From positions 24,330 to 65,383 of the forward strand of contig DCUH01000008.1 of the NCBI GenBank assembly GCA_002327765.1: a stretch of DNA of 41,054 bases, written 5' to 3'. The stretch's first letter is position 1. Each line of letters begins with the position of its first letter. The notes beneath the pieces were generated by a model. The model worked only from the letters and a program-made list of their open reading frames with translations, was not told the origin of the DNA and did no database searches. This DNA comes from a bacterium UBA2219. Lineage in GTDB: Bacteria > Desulfobacterota > Deferrimicrobia > Deferrimicrobiales > Deferrimicrobiaceae. Below, piece after piece: positions 17,378-25,870 of this stretch. Made by a program: the position numbers and the translations under genes.

Positions 17378-19219
17378 ATGGACTTCCTTGCGAGACTGAA
17401 GCAGTCGCCCCTCGTGTTCGACGGGGCCATGGGAACGGAGATCTACGACCGCGGCGTGTTCATCCAGGCCTGCTACGACGAGCTGTGCGTCTCCAATCCG
17501 CGTCTCATCCGGCAGATTCACACGGACTACATCGAGGCGGGAGCCCAGGTGATCGAGACCAACACCTTCGGCGCAAACCCGATGAAGCTGCGGACCTTCG
17601 GCCTGTCCGAGCGGGCGGAGGAGATCAACCGGGCCGGCGTGAAGCTCGCCCGCGAGGCGGCGATGGCGTCCGGCGCGGAGGTTTTCGTGGCCGGGGCGGT
17701 GGGGCCGTGCACGGAGTCCAACCAGCGGATGCCGGTCGCCTTCGCCCCCGAGGTGGAGGGCGCGTTCCGAGCCCAGATGGCGGCGCTCGCGGCGGAAGGG
17801 GTGGACCTGTTCCTCCTCGAAACCTTCTCCGACCTGAACGAGCTGCTCCTCGCGGCGCGCGTGGCCAGGGAGTTCGGCGGGCCGGTGCTGGCCTCCTTCG
17901 CCCTGACCCAGAGGGGGGAGACCGCGCTGGGAACGCGCGCGGAGTCGATGACGTCGGCGCTCGACGAGGACCCGAACGTCGACGTCGTGGGGATCAACTG
18001 CGGCACCGGCCCCTCCGGGGTCTTCGACGCGCTCCAGTCGGTCCTCCCGTTCACGGGGAAGCCCGTGGTGGTCATGCCGAACGCAGGGTTCCCCCGGGAG
18101 ATCAGCGGGCGCGTGCTCTACATGACCAGCCCGGAGTACTTCACCGAGTACGCCAAGAAGTACATCGAGAGCGGGGTCCGGGGCGTGGGGGGGTGCTGCG
18201 GCACCACGCCGGCCCACATCCGGATGATGTCGCGCGCGGTCCGGTCGCTGTCGGGGGTCAAGCACCACGTCGAGGTGAAGCCGCGGGTCCGGACGGAAAC
18301 CGCCGTGCAGGTCGTCCCCCCCGAGCGGAAGTCGCGCCTTGCGGCGAAGCTCCTGGCCGGGAAGAAGGTGACCTCGGTGGAGCTGCTCCCGCCCAAGTCC
18401 AGCAACATGACCGCGTTTCTCGCGAAGGCGCGGCGGTGCGCGGAGGCCGGGATCGACTCGATCAACATCCCCGACGGCCCCCGGGCCAGCGCCCGCGTCT
18501 CCCCGATGATCGCGGCCCTCACCGTCCACCGCGAGGCCGGGATCGAGCCGATCCTGCACTACTGCTGCCGCGACCGGAACCTGATCGGGATGCAGTCGGA
18601 CCTCCTCGGAGGATACGCCGCGTGCCTGGCGAACTTCCTCATCATCACCGGCGACCCGCCGAAGCTGGGGGAGTACCCCGACGCGACGGGGGTCTTCGAC
18701 GTGGATTCCATCGGGCTGGTCCAGATCGCGTCGAACCTGAACAACGGCGTGGACATCGGCGGGAACCCCATCGACCCGCCGACCGGGATCTTCATCGGCG
18801 TCGGGGCCAACCCGTGCGCCGTGGACATGGAGCGGGAGATCGAACGGTACTATCGTAAGATCGACGCGGGGGCGGAGTTCGCCATCACCCAGCCGGTCTT
18901 CGACGTCGACGCCCTCCTGCGGTTCCTCGACCGCGTGGAAGGGTACCGCCGCACGATCCCGGTGCTCGCCGGCGTGTTCCCGCTGATCAGCTACAAGAAC
19001 GCCGAGTTCATGAACAACGAGGTCCCCGGCGTGGTCGTCCCGAAAGCGGTCCTCGAGCGGATGGCGAAATGCGCCACCCGGGAGGACGCGGAGAAGGCCG
19101 GCATCGACATCGCCCGGGGAATCGTCGCGAAGATCCGGAACCGCGTGAGCGGCTTCCAGGTGAGCGCCCCCCTGGGCCGTGTCGAAACCGCGCTGGCGGT
19201 GCTGGGAAGTCAAGATTGA
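17378..19219 (+). CDS. yitJ: bifunctional homocysteine S-methyltransferase / 5,10-methylenetetrahydrofolate reductase (YitJ-like)
   Basis: FDGAMGT, GINC, GGCCGTTP, followed by an MTHFR domain (VELLPPK, CRDRNLIG, ITGDPP, ITQPVFD). Confidence 0.93.
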   Translation: MDFLARLKQSPLVFDGAMGTEIYDRGVFIQACYDELCVSNPRLIRQIHTDYIEAGAQVIETNTFGANPMKLRTFGLSERAEEINRAGVKLAREAAMASGAEVFVAGAVGPCTESNQRMPVAFAPEVEGAFRAQMAALAAEGVDLFLLETFSDLNELLLAARVAREFGGPVLASFALTQRGETALGTRAESMTSALDEDPNVDVVGINCGTGPSGVFDALQSVLPFTGKPVVVMPNAGFPREISGRVLYMTSPEYFTEYAKKYIESGVRGVGGCCGTTPAHIRMMSRAVRSLSGVKHHVEVKPRVRTETAVQVVPPERKSRLAAKLLAGKKVTSVELLPPKSSNMTAFLAKARRCAEAGIDSINIPDGPRASARVSPMIAALTVHREAGIEPILHYCCRDRNLIGMQSDLLGGYAACLANFLIITGDPPKLGEYPDATGVFDVDSIGLVQIASNLNNGVDIGGNPIDPPTGIFIGVGANPCAVDMEREIERYYRKIDAGAEFAITQPVFDVDALLRFLDRVEGYRRTIPVLAGVFPLISYKNAEFMNNEVPGVVVPKAVLERMAKCATREDAEKAGIDIARGIVAKIRNRVSGFQVSAPLGRVETALAVLGSQD

Positions 19220-19246
19220 CAATTCCATGGCGAGTGCCTGTAAACT
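19216..19246 (+). promoter_or_regulatory. putative sigma70 promoter of gcvH
   Basis: TTGACA, a long 19-nt spacer, then TAAACT 7 nt before the ATG. Confidence 0.45.
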
Positions 19247-19253
19247 ACCCGTT

Positions 19254-19631
19254 ATGGACGAAGCCGCGCTCAAATTTTCGGAAGACCACCTCTGGGTCCT
19301 CGAGATGGGGGAGACCATCCGGGTGGGACTTTCCGACTACGCGCAGGAGCAGCTCGGGGAGATCATCTCCGCGACGATGGGCGAAGTCGGCAGGTTCCTG
19401 GAGCGGGGAGAAACGTTCGGGGAAGTGGAGTCGCAGAAGACCGTCGTCGAGTTGTCCAGCCCCATTACGGGGACGATCCGGGCCGTCAACGACGCGATGG
19501 TCGAAGACCCCACGCTGATCAACGTCGACCCGTACGGCAAGGGATGGCTCGTCGAAGTGGAGCTCGACGACCCCGAAGAACTCGACCAGCTCATGAACTT
19601 CGACGACTACGAGACGTTCATCGAGGAGTAA
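19254..19631 (+). CDS. gcvH: glycine cleavage H protein (lipoyl carrier)
   Basis: FSEDHLW, GLSDYAQEQLG, VESQKT (lipoyl Lys), INVDPYGKGW; start moved to the ATG at 19254. Confidence 0.93.
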   Translation: MDEAALKFSEDHLWVLEMGETIRVGLSDYAQEQLGEIISATMGEVGRFLERGETFGEVESQKTVVELSSPITGTIRAVNDAMVEDPTLINVDPYGKGWLVEVELDDPEELDQLMNFDDYETFIEE

Positions 19632-19632
19632 C

Positions 19633-19800
19633 CCGGAAGGGGCTCTTCTCTCGCACGGATACCTCCCCGTTCGGGGACGCCTTGTTCGCCATCCATGGCT
19701 CACGGCGGCTGCGGGTCTTCGTCGCTCCCGGCCTCCCTGCCTCCGCTCCGAAGACACGCCCCCTCAGGAGAGGTATCCGTGCTCGAGGAGCCCCTCCCGG
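19633..19800. repeat. palindromic intergenic element with ~32-nt inverted arms
   Basis: CCGGAAGGGGCTCTTCTCTCGCACGGATACCTC (19633-19665) pairs with GAGGTATCCGTGCTCGAGGAGCCCCTCCCGG (19770-19800). Confidence 0.8.
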
Positions 19801-19820
19801 CCGGAAGCGCCCCGTCGATG

Positions 19821-19857
19821 AAAAAACGGGCCGGGAGGCGCACCGCCCCCCGGCCCG
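19821..19857 (-). terminator. intrinsic terminator of the cytochrome operon
   Basis: 14-bp GC stem with a 3-nt loop, followed by T6 on the minus strand. Confidence 0.8.
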
Positions 19858-19875
19858 CGAACGGAAAGCGGCAGG

Positions 19876-20535
19876 TCAGGCCCGGACGGTCCCTTCGCCC
19901 TTCGGGCTTCCCTTCTCCTCGTGCCCGTGGGCGTCCCCGAACCACATCAGCCGGTACAGCTCGCCCAGCGTTTCCCCCGTCGTGCCCAGGTAGACGTGAA
20001 CGATCATGAAGAGGGAAAAGAAGAAGTTGATGTAGGTGTGGGCGATGGCCCAAAAGGCGAAGCTGGGCATCCCCAGGACGCCTTGCGGGAGCTTGTCCGG
20101 GACGAAGAGGCCCCATCCCGTCAGGATCGACGCCGGGAAGAACAGGAAGACCACCGCCAGGTAGATCAGCTTCTGGAGCGGGTTGAACTTCCGGTCCGGG
20201 CCGTGCGGGAACGGATGGGACCTTCCCAGGAAGATCCCGTGGATGTAGTAGCCGGCCTGGAGCATCAATCCGGGCGAGATGTCGCCGGACACGATCCGGT
20301 AGTACCGGCCGTTCCCCAGGAACAGGTTCCCCAGGATGTACAGGAGGTAGAACAGGGTCAGAAGGATGCCCGCCGCGTTGTGGACCAGGTGGCTGACCCG
20401 GAAATCGATCGGCGGGAAGGAGGGCGCGGAGTAATGCATCCGGAGGCCGGTGACCAGCAGGGTCAGGAACAGCGCCGCGTTGGCCCAATGCCAGACGCGG
20501 AGCCAGAGTGGATACGCACGGGGCCCGCTCATCAT
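19876..20535 (-). CDS. diheme cytochrome b membrane subunit (PhsC/YdhU/CbcB-like)
   Basis: Four TM helices with His in RVWHW, LVHN, IAHT and IVHVY; KFNPLQK; ATGA overlap with the upstream gene. Confidence 0.9.
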   Translation of the reverse strand: MMSGPRAYPLWLRVWHWANAALFLTLLVTGLRMHYSAPSFPPIDFRVSHLVHNAAGILLTLFYLLYILGNLFLGNGRYYRIVSGDISPGLMLQAGYYIHGIFLGRSHPFPHGPDRKFNPLQKLIYLAVVFLFFPASILTGWGLFVPDKLPQGVLGMPSFAFWAIAHTYINFFFSLFMIVHVYLGTTGETLGELYRLMWFGDAHGHEEKGSPKGEGTVRA

Positions 20536-21392
20536 GACGTCCTCCTGATATAGCCGAAGAACCACCGGCCCAGCGCATGGATCCCGATTCCGGCCAGGGC
20601 CAGCACCGTGAGCACGAAGGTCCCCCAGTCGAGCCATCTGTGGCGGGTCGCCCCGGTCAGGTAGGCGTTGTTGTAGAGCGCGGCGTTGAGCCACCCCTTT
20701 TCGGCGCGCTCCTTCTCCGCGAGGTACTCGTCGAACTTAACGGTCAGCAGCGAGGACCCGGAATGGCACATGATGCAATCCCCGAGCGCCTTCGACTTCG
20801 GCAGCACGAGGTGCACGGTGTCCTTGTCGGTGGGTGTGTGGCACGCGACGCAGGCGACCCGCTGCAGGTGCACCATCTTGTGGGGAAAGCGCCCGTGCAT
20901 CAAGGAAAGCTCCTTCATCGAGGCCGCCCCGGCTTCCGGGGTATCCCCGGGGGCGTGGCACGCGATGCAGGCCCTGTTGACGGCGGCGAAGATCCCTTCG
21001 CGACCCGGCGTGCGGCTCGCGGGAAGGAAGTAGTGGGGCGAATGGCAATTCGTGCAGCCGAAGTCCGGATCGCCCATCTCGACGTGCACGCTCGCCTTCA
21101 CGTCCCGCGCGGCGTCGTCGAACGCAGCGGTCCCTCCGTGGCAATCCGTGCAGGCCGGCGCGCCCGCGCCTTTACCCGCGTGAGGAAACCGGTCGTACCC
21201 TTCCATGTGGCATTCCGTGCAGGGAAGCTCCCGGTGCACGGACTGCGCGTATCGCGCGGGATCGATCGCGCGGGCCCCCGACTTGTGGCACCCCATGCAG
21301 TCGGACTCCGCCCCGCCCGCCCCTGCCGTCCCGGGCGGCGCCAACCACAGCGCGCCGGTCAGGAACAACACGATCCGGATCATCGGTTTCAT
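20532..21392 (-). CDS. heptaheme cytochrome c with C-terminal membrane anchor (CbcA-like)
   Basis: Signal peptide, 7 CxxCH motifs (CMGCH, CTECH, CTDCH, CTNCH, CIACH, CVACH, CIMCH), C-terminal TM helix. Confidence 0.92.
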   Translation of the reverse strand: MKPMIRIVLFLTGALWLAPPGTAGAGGAESDCMGCHKSGARAIDPARYAQSVHRELPCTECHMEGYDRFPHAGKGAGAPACTDCHGGTAAFDDAARDVKASVHVEMGDPDFGCTNCHSPHYFLPASRTPGREGIFAAVNRACIACHAPGDTPEAGAASMKELSLMHGRFPHKMVHLQRVACVACHTPTDKDTVHLVLPKSKALGDCIMCHSGSSLLTVKFDEYLAEKERAEKGWLNAALYNNAYLTGATRHRWLDWGTFVLTVLALAGIGIHALGRWFFGYIRRTS

Positions 21393-21423
21393 GGACGTTC
21401 CCCCGAATGTTCTTGATTCCCGC

Positions 21424-21452
21424 ATTGTACTGAAATTGATTCTCACGGTCAC
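21424..21452 (-). promoter_or_regulatory. sigma70-like promoter with a Fur-family-like palindrome in its spacer
   Basis: Minus strand GTGACC-17 nt-TACAAT; the spacer contains TGAGAATCAATTTCA. Confidence 0.55.
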
Positions 21453-21543
21453 GAAGGATGTTGGGGATCCGCCGTTCGGGTCGGCCGAAACCCCATGTGG
21501 CGCGCGGAGTTGGAGAAAACCGCGGGAATGCCGGTTCTTTTCC

Positions 21544-21607
21544 TTGACAGTCCCTTGAGCGCACAATATCTTGTATGCGTTATAAATTCGACCACAAGAT
21601 AGGGTAT
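21544..21607 (+). promoter_or_regulatory. nrdJ sigma70 promoter with tandem NrdR boxes
   Basis: TTGACA-17-TATCTT; boxes GCACAATATCTTGTAT (21561) and CCACAAGATAGGGTAT (21592), 31 nt apart. Confidence 0.85.
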
Positions 21608-21647
21608 CCCGGAACCGGACAATCCCTCATCGAAACGGAGCGAACGA

Positions 21648-24098
21648 ATGGACATGATCCCCCCTGTCTCCTCCGCTTTCCCCGCAAGCTCCCCGAACAC
21701 GTCCGACGCTCCGCGCGTATCGTCCGGCCGGGCCGCCGGGAAGGAGTTCCCCGAGCGGCCGCCGAAAAACTGGTGTGAGGCGATGCTCGAGAAGCACGGT
21801 CCCATGCGGATCTCCGACAACGCGAGGACCGTCCTGGAGCGCCGCTACCTTAAAAAGGGCGCCGAGGGGGAACCGCTGGAGACCCCCGAAGAGATGGTCG
21901 CCCGGGTGGCGTACAACATCGCGCTCGCGGAGGGGATCTATTACGGGGCCCTGCCCGAGGTGGTGCTCCGGTGGGCCGAGACGTTCTACGAGCCGATGCT
22001 GCGCCTGGACTTCCTCCCCAATTCCCCCACCCTGATGAACGCGGGGCGCGAGCTCCAGCAGCTTTCGGCGTGCTTCGTCCTGCCCGTCGACGACTCGATG
22101 GATTCCATCTTCGAGGCGGTGAAGAACACCGCCATGATCCACAAGAGCGGCGGGGGGACCGGCTTCTCCTTCTCCCGACTGCGCCCGCGCGCCGACGTCG
22201 TGCGGTCGACGAAGGGGATCTCCTCCGGGCCGATCTCCTTCATGACCGTCTTCGACGCGGCCACCGAGACGATCAAGCAGGGCGGGACCCGGCGCGGCGC
22301 GAACATGGGCATCCTGCGCGTCGACCACCCCGACATCCTCGACTTCATCACCTGCAAGAGCCAGACGAGCCGGCTGAACAACTTCAACATCTCCGTGGCC
22401 CTCACCGAGGACTTCATGAAGGCGGTGGAGGGCGACGAGGAATACAGCCTGGTGAACCCGCATTCCCGGGAGGTCGTGTCGCGGCTTTCCGCGCGCAAGG
22501 TGTTCGAGCAGATCGTGGACTCTTCGTGGCGAAACGGCGAGCCGGGGATCATCTTCATCGACCGGATCAACCGGGACAACCCCACCCCGCGGATCGGCGC
22601 GATCGAGAGCACGAACCCCTGCGGGGAGCAGCCGCTGCTGCCGTACGAATCGTGCAACCTGGGCTCCGTCAACCTGTCGAACATGGTCGCCGTCGAGGAG
22701 GGCCGGCCCCGCGTCGACTACGCCAAGCTGAAGGAGTCTGTCCACACGGCGGTGCGCTTCCTCGACAACGTGATCGACATGAACAACTACCCGCTTCCCC
22801 AGATCCGGCAGATGACGATGGCCAACCGCAAGATCGGGCTCGGCGTCATGGGGTTCGCCGACATGCTGCTGAAGCTCGGCATCCCGTACGATTCCGACGA
22901 GGCGCTGGCGGTGGGCCAGGAGACGATGAGCTTCGTCCAGGAGGAGTCGACGGCGGCCTCCTGCAACCTCGCCCGGGAGCGCGGCCCCTTCCCGAACTTC
23001 GACGTCAGCGTCTTCCCGGAGCGCAAGTGCGCGCCGAGGCGCAACGCCACCACGACGACGATCGCGCCCACCGGGACGATCAGCATCATCGCGGGCGCCT
23101 CCAGCGGGATCGAGCCGGTGTTCGCGCTTTCCTACATCCGCAACGTCATGGACAACGACCACCTCGTGGAGGTGCACCCGCTCTTCGACGCCGAGATGCG
23201 GCAGCGCGGGCTCTACTCCTCCGAGCTGATGGAGGAGATCTCGAGGAAGGGGAGCCTGAAGCACGTCGACGGCGTCCCCGCGGACGTCGCCCGGGTCTAC
23301 GTCACCGCCCACGACATCTCCCCCGAGGCGCACCTGCGGATGCAGGCGGCCTTCCAGAAATACACGGACAACGCGGTGTCCAAGACGGTGAACTTCCCCG
23401 CGGACGCGACCCGCGAGGATATCCGGAAGGTCTACCTCCTCGCCTTCCGGCTGAGCTGCAAGGGCGTCACGGTCTACCGGGACAAGAGCCGCGAGGAGCA
23501 GGTCCTGAACATCGGCGAGGTCAACCGCAAGGGGGAGGCCCCGAAGAAGGAGGCCGCCGAGGCGCCGTTCGTCACCCCCCGCCCCCGCCCGGACACCCTG
23601 ATCGGCGTCACGAAGGAGATGAAGACCAGCTGCGGGAAGCTCTACGTCACCATCAACCGGGACGACAAGGGGATCTTCGAGGTCTTCAACCAGATGGGGA
23701 AGGCGGGCGGATGCGCCGCCTCCCAGTCGGAGGCGATCGGGCGCCTCGTGTCGCTGGCGCTGCGCTCGGGGGTCCAGCCCGAGACGATCATCAAGCAGCT
23801 GAAAGGGATCTCGTGCCACCTCCCGACCTGGGGAGGCAACGGCGGCAAGATCCTTTCCTGCGCCGACGCCGTGTCCAAGGCCATCGAGTGGTACCTGGAG
23901 AACTTCGAGGCCATGTTCCCCGGCGTTCCCTCGCCGGCCGCCGCGGCCGCCCCCGCGCCCGCGGCCCCGGCGAAGAAGGCCGGCGTCCCGCTCGACGAGG
24001 AAGAGGTCGCCCGGGGGGCCTGCCCCGACTGCGGCAGCCAGATCGAGCGGCAGGAAGGGTGCCTGAAGTGCCGGTCGTGCGGCTGGTCGGAATGCTGA
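21648..24098 (+). CDS. nrdJ: adenosylcobalamin-dependent (class II) ribonucleotide reductase with TSCPD domain and C-terminal Zn ribbon
   Basis: PNSPTLMNAG, SACFV, TNPCGEQPL, CNLGS, APTGTIS, KTSCGK, CPDCG...CRSC; GGAG RBS (alternative start at 21783). Confidence 0.96.
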   Translation: MDMIPPVSSAFPASSPNTSDAPRVSSGRAAGKEFPERPPKNWCEAMLEKHGPMRISDNARTVLERRYLKKGAEGEPLETPEEMVARVAYNIALAEGIYYGALPEVVLRWAETFYEPMLRLDFLPNSPTLMNAGRELQQLSACFVLPVDDSMDSIFEAVKNTAMIHKSGGGTGFSFSRLRPRADVVRSTKGISSGPISFMTVFDAATETIKQGGTRRGANMGILRVDHPDILDFITCKSQTSRLNNFNISVALTEDFMKAVEGDEEYSLVNPHSREVVSRLSARKVFEQIVDSSWRNGEPGIIFIDRINRDNPTPRIGAIESTNPCGEQPLLPYESCNLGSVNLSNMVAVEEGRPRVDYAKLKESVHTAVRFLDNVIDMNNYPLPQIRQMTMANRKIGLGVMGFADMLLKLGIPYDSDEALAVGQETMSFVQEESTAASCNLARERGPFPNFDVSVFPERKCAPRRNATTTTIAPTGTISIIAGASSGIEPVFALSYIRNVMDNDHLVEVHPLFDAEMRQRGLYSSELMEEISRKGSLKHVDGVPADVARVYVTAHDISPEAHLRMQAAFQKYTDNAVSKTVNFPADATREDIRKVYLLAFRLSCKGVTVYRDKSREEQVLNIGEVNRKGEAPKKEAAEAPFVTPRPRPDTLIGVTKEMKTSCGKLYVTINRDDKGIFEVFNQMGKAGGCAASQSEAIGRLVSLALRSGVQPETIIKQLKGISCHLPTWGGNGGKILSCADAVSKAIEWYLENFEAMFPGVPSPAAAAAPAPAAPAKKAGVPLDEEEVARGACPDCGSQIERQEGCLKCRSCGWSEC

Positions 24099-24118
24099 CA
24101 CCCGCGGCACCGGACCAC

Positions 24119-24220
24119 GGGGGACATACATGAAAAGAGGGACATACTTGCCACGGGGGACACACTTGATCTTATTGGGGACGAAGGGAAAGTGTGTCCC
24201 CCTTTTCATGTGGGTCCCCC
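24119..24220. repeat. nested GGGGGACA/TGTCCCCC hairpin repeat (copy A)
   Basis: Inner arms 24155-24167/24190-24202 are perfect; outer arms 24119-24137/24202-24220 have 2 mismatches. Confidence 0.85.
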
Positions 24221-24233
24221 CCCAACTCGCCAC

Positions 24234-24887
24234 TTGAACCCTTCGATTCCCTCAACGCATACCCGTGGCCTTTTCCTCACTTTCGAAGGAATCGAAGGGT
24301 CAGGGAAATCCACCCAGGTGCGCCGCCTCGCGGCGCACCTTTCGGGGAAGGGGATCCCCCACCTCGTCACCCGCGAGCCCGGCGGGACCCCCCTGGCCGA
24401 CCAGGTCCGCTCGCTGCTGCTCACCCCCCGCGAAGAGGCCGTCTTCCCGGAGACCGAGCTGCTGCTCTACGAGGCGGCGCGGGCGCAGCACGTCCGGGGG
24501 GTCGTCCTCCCCGCCCTCGACTCCGGCACGGCGGTCCTGTGCGACCGGTTCTCCGACGCGACGACGGCGTACCAGGGACACGCCCGGGGGCTGGGCGCGG
24601 ACCGGGTGGAGCTGCTGAACGGTTTCGCCGCGGGCGGCCTCGTCCCCGACCTGACGCTCCTGTTCGACCTTCCCCCGGAGACCGGTTTCGCCCGGGTCGC
24701 GGGGCGCGGTGCGGCGGCCGACCGGATCGAGCGGGAATCGATCGCCTTCCACGGGAGAGTCCGCGAAGGGTACCTCCGCATATTCGAATGCGCCGGGGGG
24801 CGGATCGTGCGGATCGACGCCTCGCCCCCCGAGGAGGAGGTCTTCCGCCTCGTCCTGGCGGCGGTGAAAGAACGGATCGGATGGTAG
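24234..24887 (+). CDS. tmk: thymidylate kinase (start uncertain)
   Basis: FLTFEGIEGSGKSTQ, TREPGGT, LCDRF, AYQG; nearest in-frame start is TTG at 24234. Confidence 0.93.
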   Translation: MNPSIPSTHTRGLFLTFEGIEGSGKSTQVRRLAAHLSGKGIPHLVTREPGGTPLADQVRSLLLTPREEAVFPETELLLYEAARAQHVRGVVLPALDSGTAVLCDRFSDATTAYQGHARGLGADRVELLNGFAAGGLVPDLTLLFDLPPETGFARVAGRGAAADRIERESIAFHGRVREGYLRIFECAGGRIVRIDASPPEEEVFRLVLAAVKERIGW

Positions 24888-25861
24888 AGCGCCTCTCCGG
24901 GGTCCTCGGGCAGGAACGGGCCGTCAACCTCCTGCGGCGGTACCTCGCGGCGAACGCGGTGCCCCACGGCCTGCTCTTCTCCGGCGAGGAAGGCGTGGGG
25001 AAGGAAAAAGCCGCGCGGGCGTTCGCGGCCGCCCTGCTCTGCCGGAAGCCGGGGGAGGACGGCGCGTGCGGAGACTGCCACGACTGCCGGCTGTTCTCCT
25101 CGTCGTCCCACCCCAATTACCTCCACATCGCGCCCGAGACGGATTTCCTGAAGATCGCCGAGATCCGCGCGCTCCAGGAGGAGCTCTCCCTCAAGGCGTT
25201 CTCCGACCGGCCCCGCGTGGCGGTCCTGTGCCCCGCCGACCGGATGACGCCCCAGGCGGCCAACGCGCTCCTCAAGACGCTGGAGGAGCCGCCGCCGGAA
25301 ACGCACCTTCTCCTCGTGGCCCACCGGATCGCGGGGATGATGCCGACGATCGTCTCCCGCTGCCAGAAGGTCCCGTTCTTCCCGCTCCCGCCCGACGTCG
25401 CCGCGGGGATCCTGGCCCGCCACCCGGACGCTGGCGCGGGGTACGCCCCCGGGGTGATCCGCCTGGCGTGCTCCGTGTCCGGGGGAAGCCCCGGGCGCGC
25501 CCTCGCGCTCCTGCCGGGCCTCTCGGAGGAACGGGATCGGTGGCTGTCCCTCTTCGTGAAATTGTCCCCGAAGGAGGCGGTCGACCTGGCGGAGACCTTC
25601 AAGGGGGACGGCGACGGGCCGGAACGGCTGGCGGCGCCGCTTTCCCTGGCGAGGGACCTGGCCCTCTTATCATCCGGGGGCGGAACGGATATAATGAACG
25701 ATGATCTGCGGGAGCCGCTGCTTGCCGCGGCGGCCCGCCCCCCGGCGGGAGGGTGGGACACCGCGCTCCGGGCGCTCCTCGAGATCTCCCGGATGCCTCC
25801 CCAGCCCCAGAAGAGGCTGATGCTGGAGGCGTTTTTCTTCGGGCTGCGCAAAAAAGGATGA
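24881..25861 (+). CDS. holB: DNA polymerase III delta-prime subunit
   Basis: HGLLFSGEEGVGK, Zn motif C...CGDCHDC, AANALLKTLEEP, TIVSRC. Confidence 0.93.
   Translation: MVERLSGVLGQERAVNLLRRYLAANAVPHGLLFSGEEGVGKEKAARAFAAALLCRKPGEDGACGDCHDCRLFSSSSHPNYLHIAPETDFLKIAEIRALQEELSLKAFSDRPRVAVLCPADRMTPQAANALLKTLEEPPPETHLLLVAHRIAGMMPTIVSRCQKVPFFPLPPDVAAGILARHPDAGAGYAPGVIRLACSVSGGSPGRALALLPGLSEERDRWLSLFVKLSPKEAVDLAETFKGDGDGPERLAAPLSLARDLALLSSGGGTDIMNDDLREPLLAAAARPPAGGWDTALRALLEISRMPPQPQKRLMLEAFFFGLRKKG
25667..25695 (+). promoter_or_regulatory. putative internal sigma70 promoter within holB
   Basis: TTATCA-17-TATAAT, built from locally rare codons TTA, TCA and ATA. Confidence 0.55.
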
Positions 25862-25870
25862 ATTCCGCAT

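Noticed and set aside
13996-17430. Very long antisense and alternate-frame ORFs (here and at 2379-5573, 21627-24233, 26500-29088 and elsewhere)
   Set aside because: These are shadow ORFs expected from high GC3 codon bias over well-supported genes.
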